Virus record (IMG/VR): IMGVR_UViG_2785510761_000002
DNA from: a virus
Taxonomy: Duplodnaviria > Heunggongvirae > Uroviricota > Caudoviricetes
Reading direction: 5' to 3' (one strand)
Length of the DNA stretch: 64,000 nucleotides
Shown here: positions 62,981 through 64,000 of the stretch, in pieces
Layout: each line of letters begins with the position of its first letter
Numbering within the stretch: the first letter of the stretch is position 1
The notes under the pieces: generated by a model
The model's input: the letters and a program-made list of their open reading frames with translations, nothing else
Told to the model about the DNA's origin: nothing
Databases searched by the model: none
Position numbers and translations under genes: made by a program

Positions 62981-64000
62981 CTACGCCCGCACTTTCACTA
63001 GCTCGTCCATGTGCGTGGTGGCGCGTGGGCTGAGCATGGCTCGTTTCATTTCCCAGTCAACTGGTGTTTTGAGTCCTCCGAGCCCGACTCCAACGGCCTG
63101 CTTGCCTAGTTTTCGGGTGATTCGGTCGAGGGTTTGCCCTACTCCGCGTCCTTCGAACTCGGGCTGGAAGATGTCGAGCGGCTGCTGCCCTCCGGTGGCC
63201 GCTCGCAAGTCGGTCAGCACGATCCCGGCGCGGGCGTAGCGGATGCCTGCCGCAGGGAAGAGCTCGCGCCGGATGGCCATGGCTGCCCGGGTGAGCGTGA
63301 TGGGGTCGTTGGTGGGCGTCGGGAGCGTCGCCGAGATGTGAGCGGTGTGTGCGACGGTGCGTTCATCAGCCCAGCCCGTCGCGACCCATACGCTGATCTG
63401 CCCGGCGGTAGATCCTTGCGCACGCAGACGTGCTGAGACTCGCTGGGCGTAGATGGAGATGACCTGCTCCATGTCGCGCAGCTCGACGATCTTCTTGGAG
63501 AAACTCCGGCTGTAGATGAGCTGGTCCTTCGCCGGCGGCGGTATCTGCTCCAGCGGGATGCAGGGAACGCCCCGCAGCTCCATGACTGTGCGTTCGAGCA
63601 CCACTGAGAACCGTTTGCGGATGAGTTTCGCGTCAGCGTCTCGCAGGTCTTTTGCCGTGAACACCCCGAGCGCCGCGAGCTTCTTGCCGGTTCGCCCGGC
63701 GACGCCCCAGAGATCAGTGACAGGGATTGACCCCAGGATCACGTCCTGCTGCGCTGGTGAGTAGCCATCGAAGTGCCCCACACCCTGCATCTCCGGTGTG
63801 CGCTTCACCCCGATGGCCATGGTTTTTGCGAGCGTCTTTGTTTGACCGAACGCGACCCGAACTGGGATCCCGACGAGTTGCTGTACGTCCTGTCGGATCG
63901 CGCGCCCCGCCTCAGTGAGCTCGGAGACGCTGCCGCGCAGCTCGACAAAGCTCTCGTCGATGGAGTACACCTGCTGGGCGTGTGCGTGACGCCCGATCAC
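62981..64000 (-). CDS. Y-family DNA polymerase (DinB/UmuC-like), N-terminus beyond window
   Basis: SIDESFVEL palm motif. Little-finger region. ORF runs to the window edge. Confidence 0.8.
   Translation of the reverse strand: MIGRHAHAQQVYSIDESFVELRGSVSELTEAGRAIRQDVQQLVGIPVRVAFGQTKTLAKTMAIGVKRTPEMQGVGHFDGYSPAQQDVILGSIPVTDLWGVAGRTGKKLAALGVFTAKDLRDADAKLIRKRFSVVLERTVMELRGVPCIPLEQIPPPAKDQLIYSRSFSKKIVELRDMEQVISIYAQRVSARLRAQGSTAGQISVWVATGWADERTVAHTAHISATLPTPTNDPITLTRAAMAIRRELFPAAGIRYARAGIVLTDLRAATGGQQPLDIFQPEFEGRGVGQTLDRITRKLGKQAVGVGLGGLKTPVDWEMKRAMLSPRATTHMDELVKVRA

Overview
This is a 64 kb high-GC (Actinobacteria-like) window with no clear housekeeping backbone. It reads as the interior of a large mobile element, either a prophage or a conjugative element; no integrase, capsid or terminase gene is visible.

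Main contents:
- A long minus-strand operon (274-8857): a membrane-associated peptidoglycan hydrolase (lysozyme-like plus M23 domains), an HNH nuclease and SSB.
- A roughly 1.1 kb non-coding region (8860-9975) with iteron-like direct and inverted repeats around an AT-rich core, a candidate origin.
- A plus-strand block with an SNF2 helicase, a NERD nuclease and a 1246-aa FtsK/SpoIIIE-like membrane ATPase.
- Oligoribonuclease and a Ro60/Rsr (TROVE) gene, directly followed by a minus-strand array of about 21 tRNAs and a tmRNA (22.4-30.3 kb). The array is interspersed with degenerate or permuted tRNA-like elements that look like Rsr-associated Y RNAs.
- Three orphan DNA methyltransferases (beta-class DPPY, phage Dam-like, C5-cytosine), an ArdC-like anti-restriction protein, and DUF262, DEDD exonuclease, dUTPase, flotillin, DprA, a sortase-anchored LRR surface protein and a partial Y-family polymerase.

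The most unusual feature is a family of 11 genes. Ten are on the minus strand, including tandem runs at 31.0-34.9 kb and 48.3-53.4 kb, and one short copy is on the plus strand. Each starts with a near-identical roughly 40-aa leader (M-S-N-I-T-R-R-Q-D-x-G-L-G-K-T-A-A-G-G-S-G-G-S-F-A-S-H-E-R..A-x-P-P-P) fused to an unrelated C-terminal region. Each is preceded by the same start-associated DNA motif, GCCGCnCGTAAT-N6-8-ATG.

A second motif, CCGCGCATTC (often half of an inverted repeat), sits 25-50 nt upstream of at least 20 other genes and tRNA blocks, and looks like an element-specific promoter or operator.

CDS coordinates follow the supplied ORF track, with starts adjusted where stated. RNA coordinates were derived by hand and may be off by 1-2 nt.
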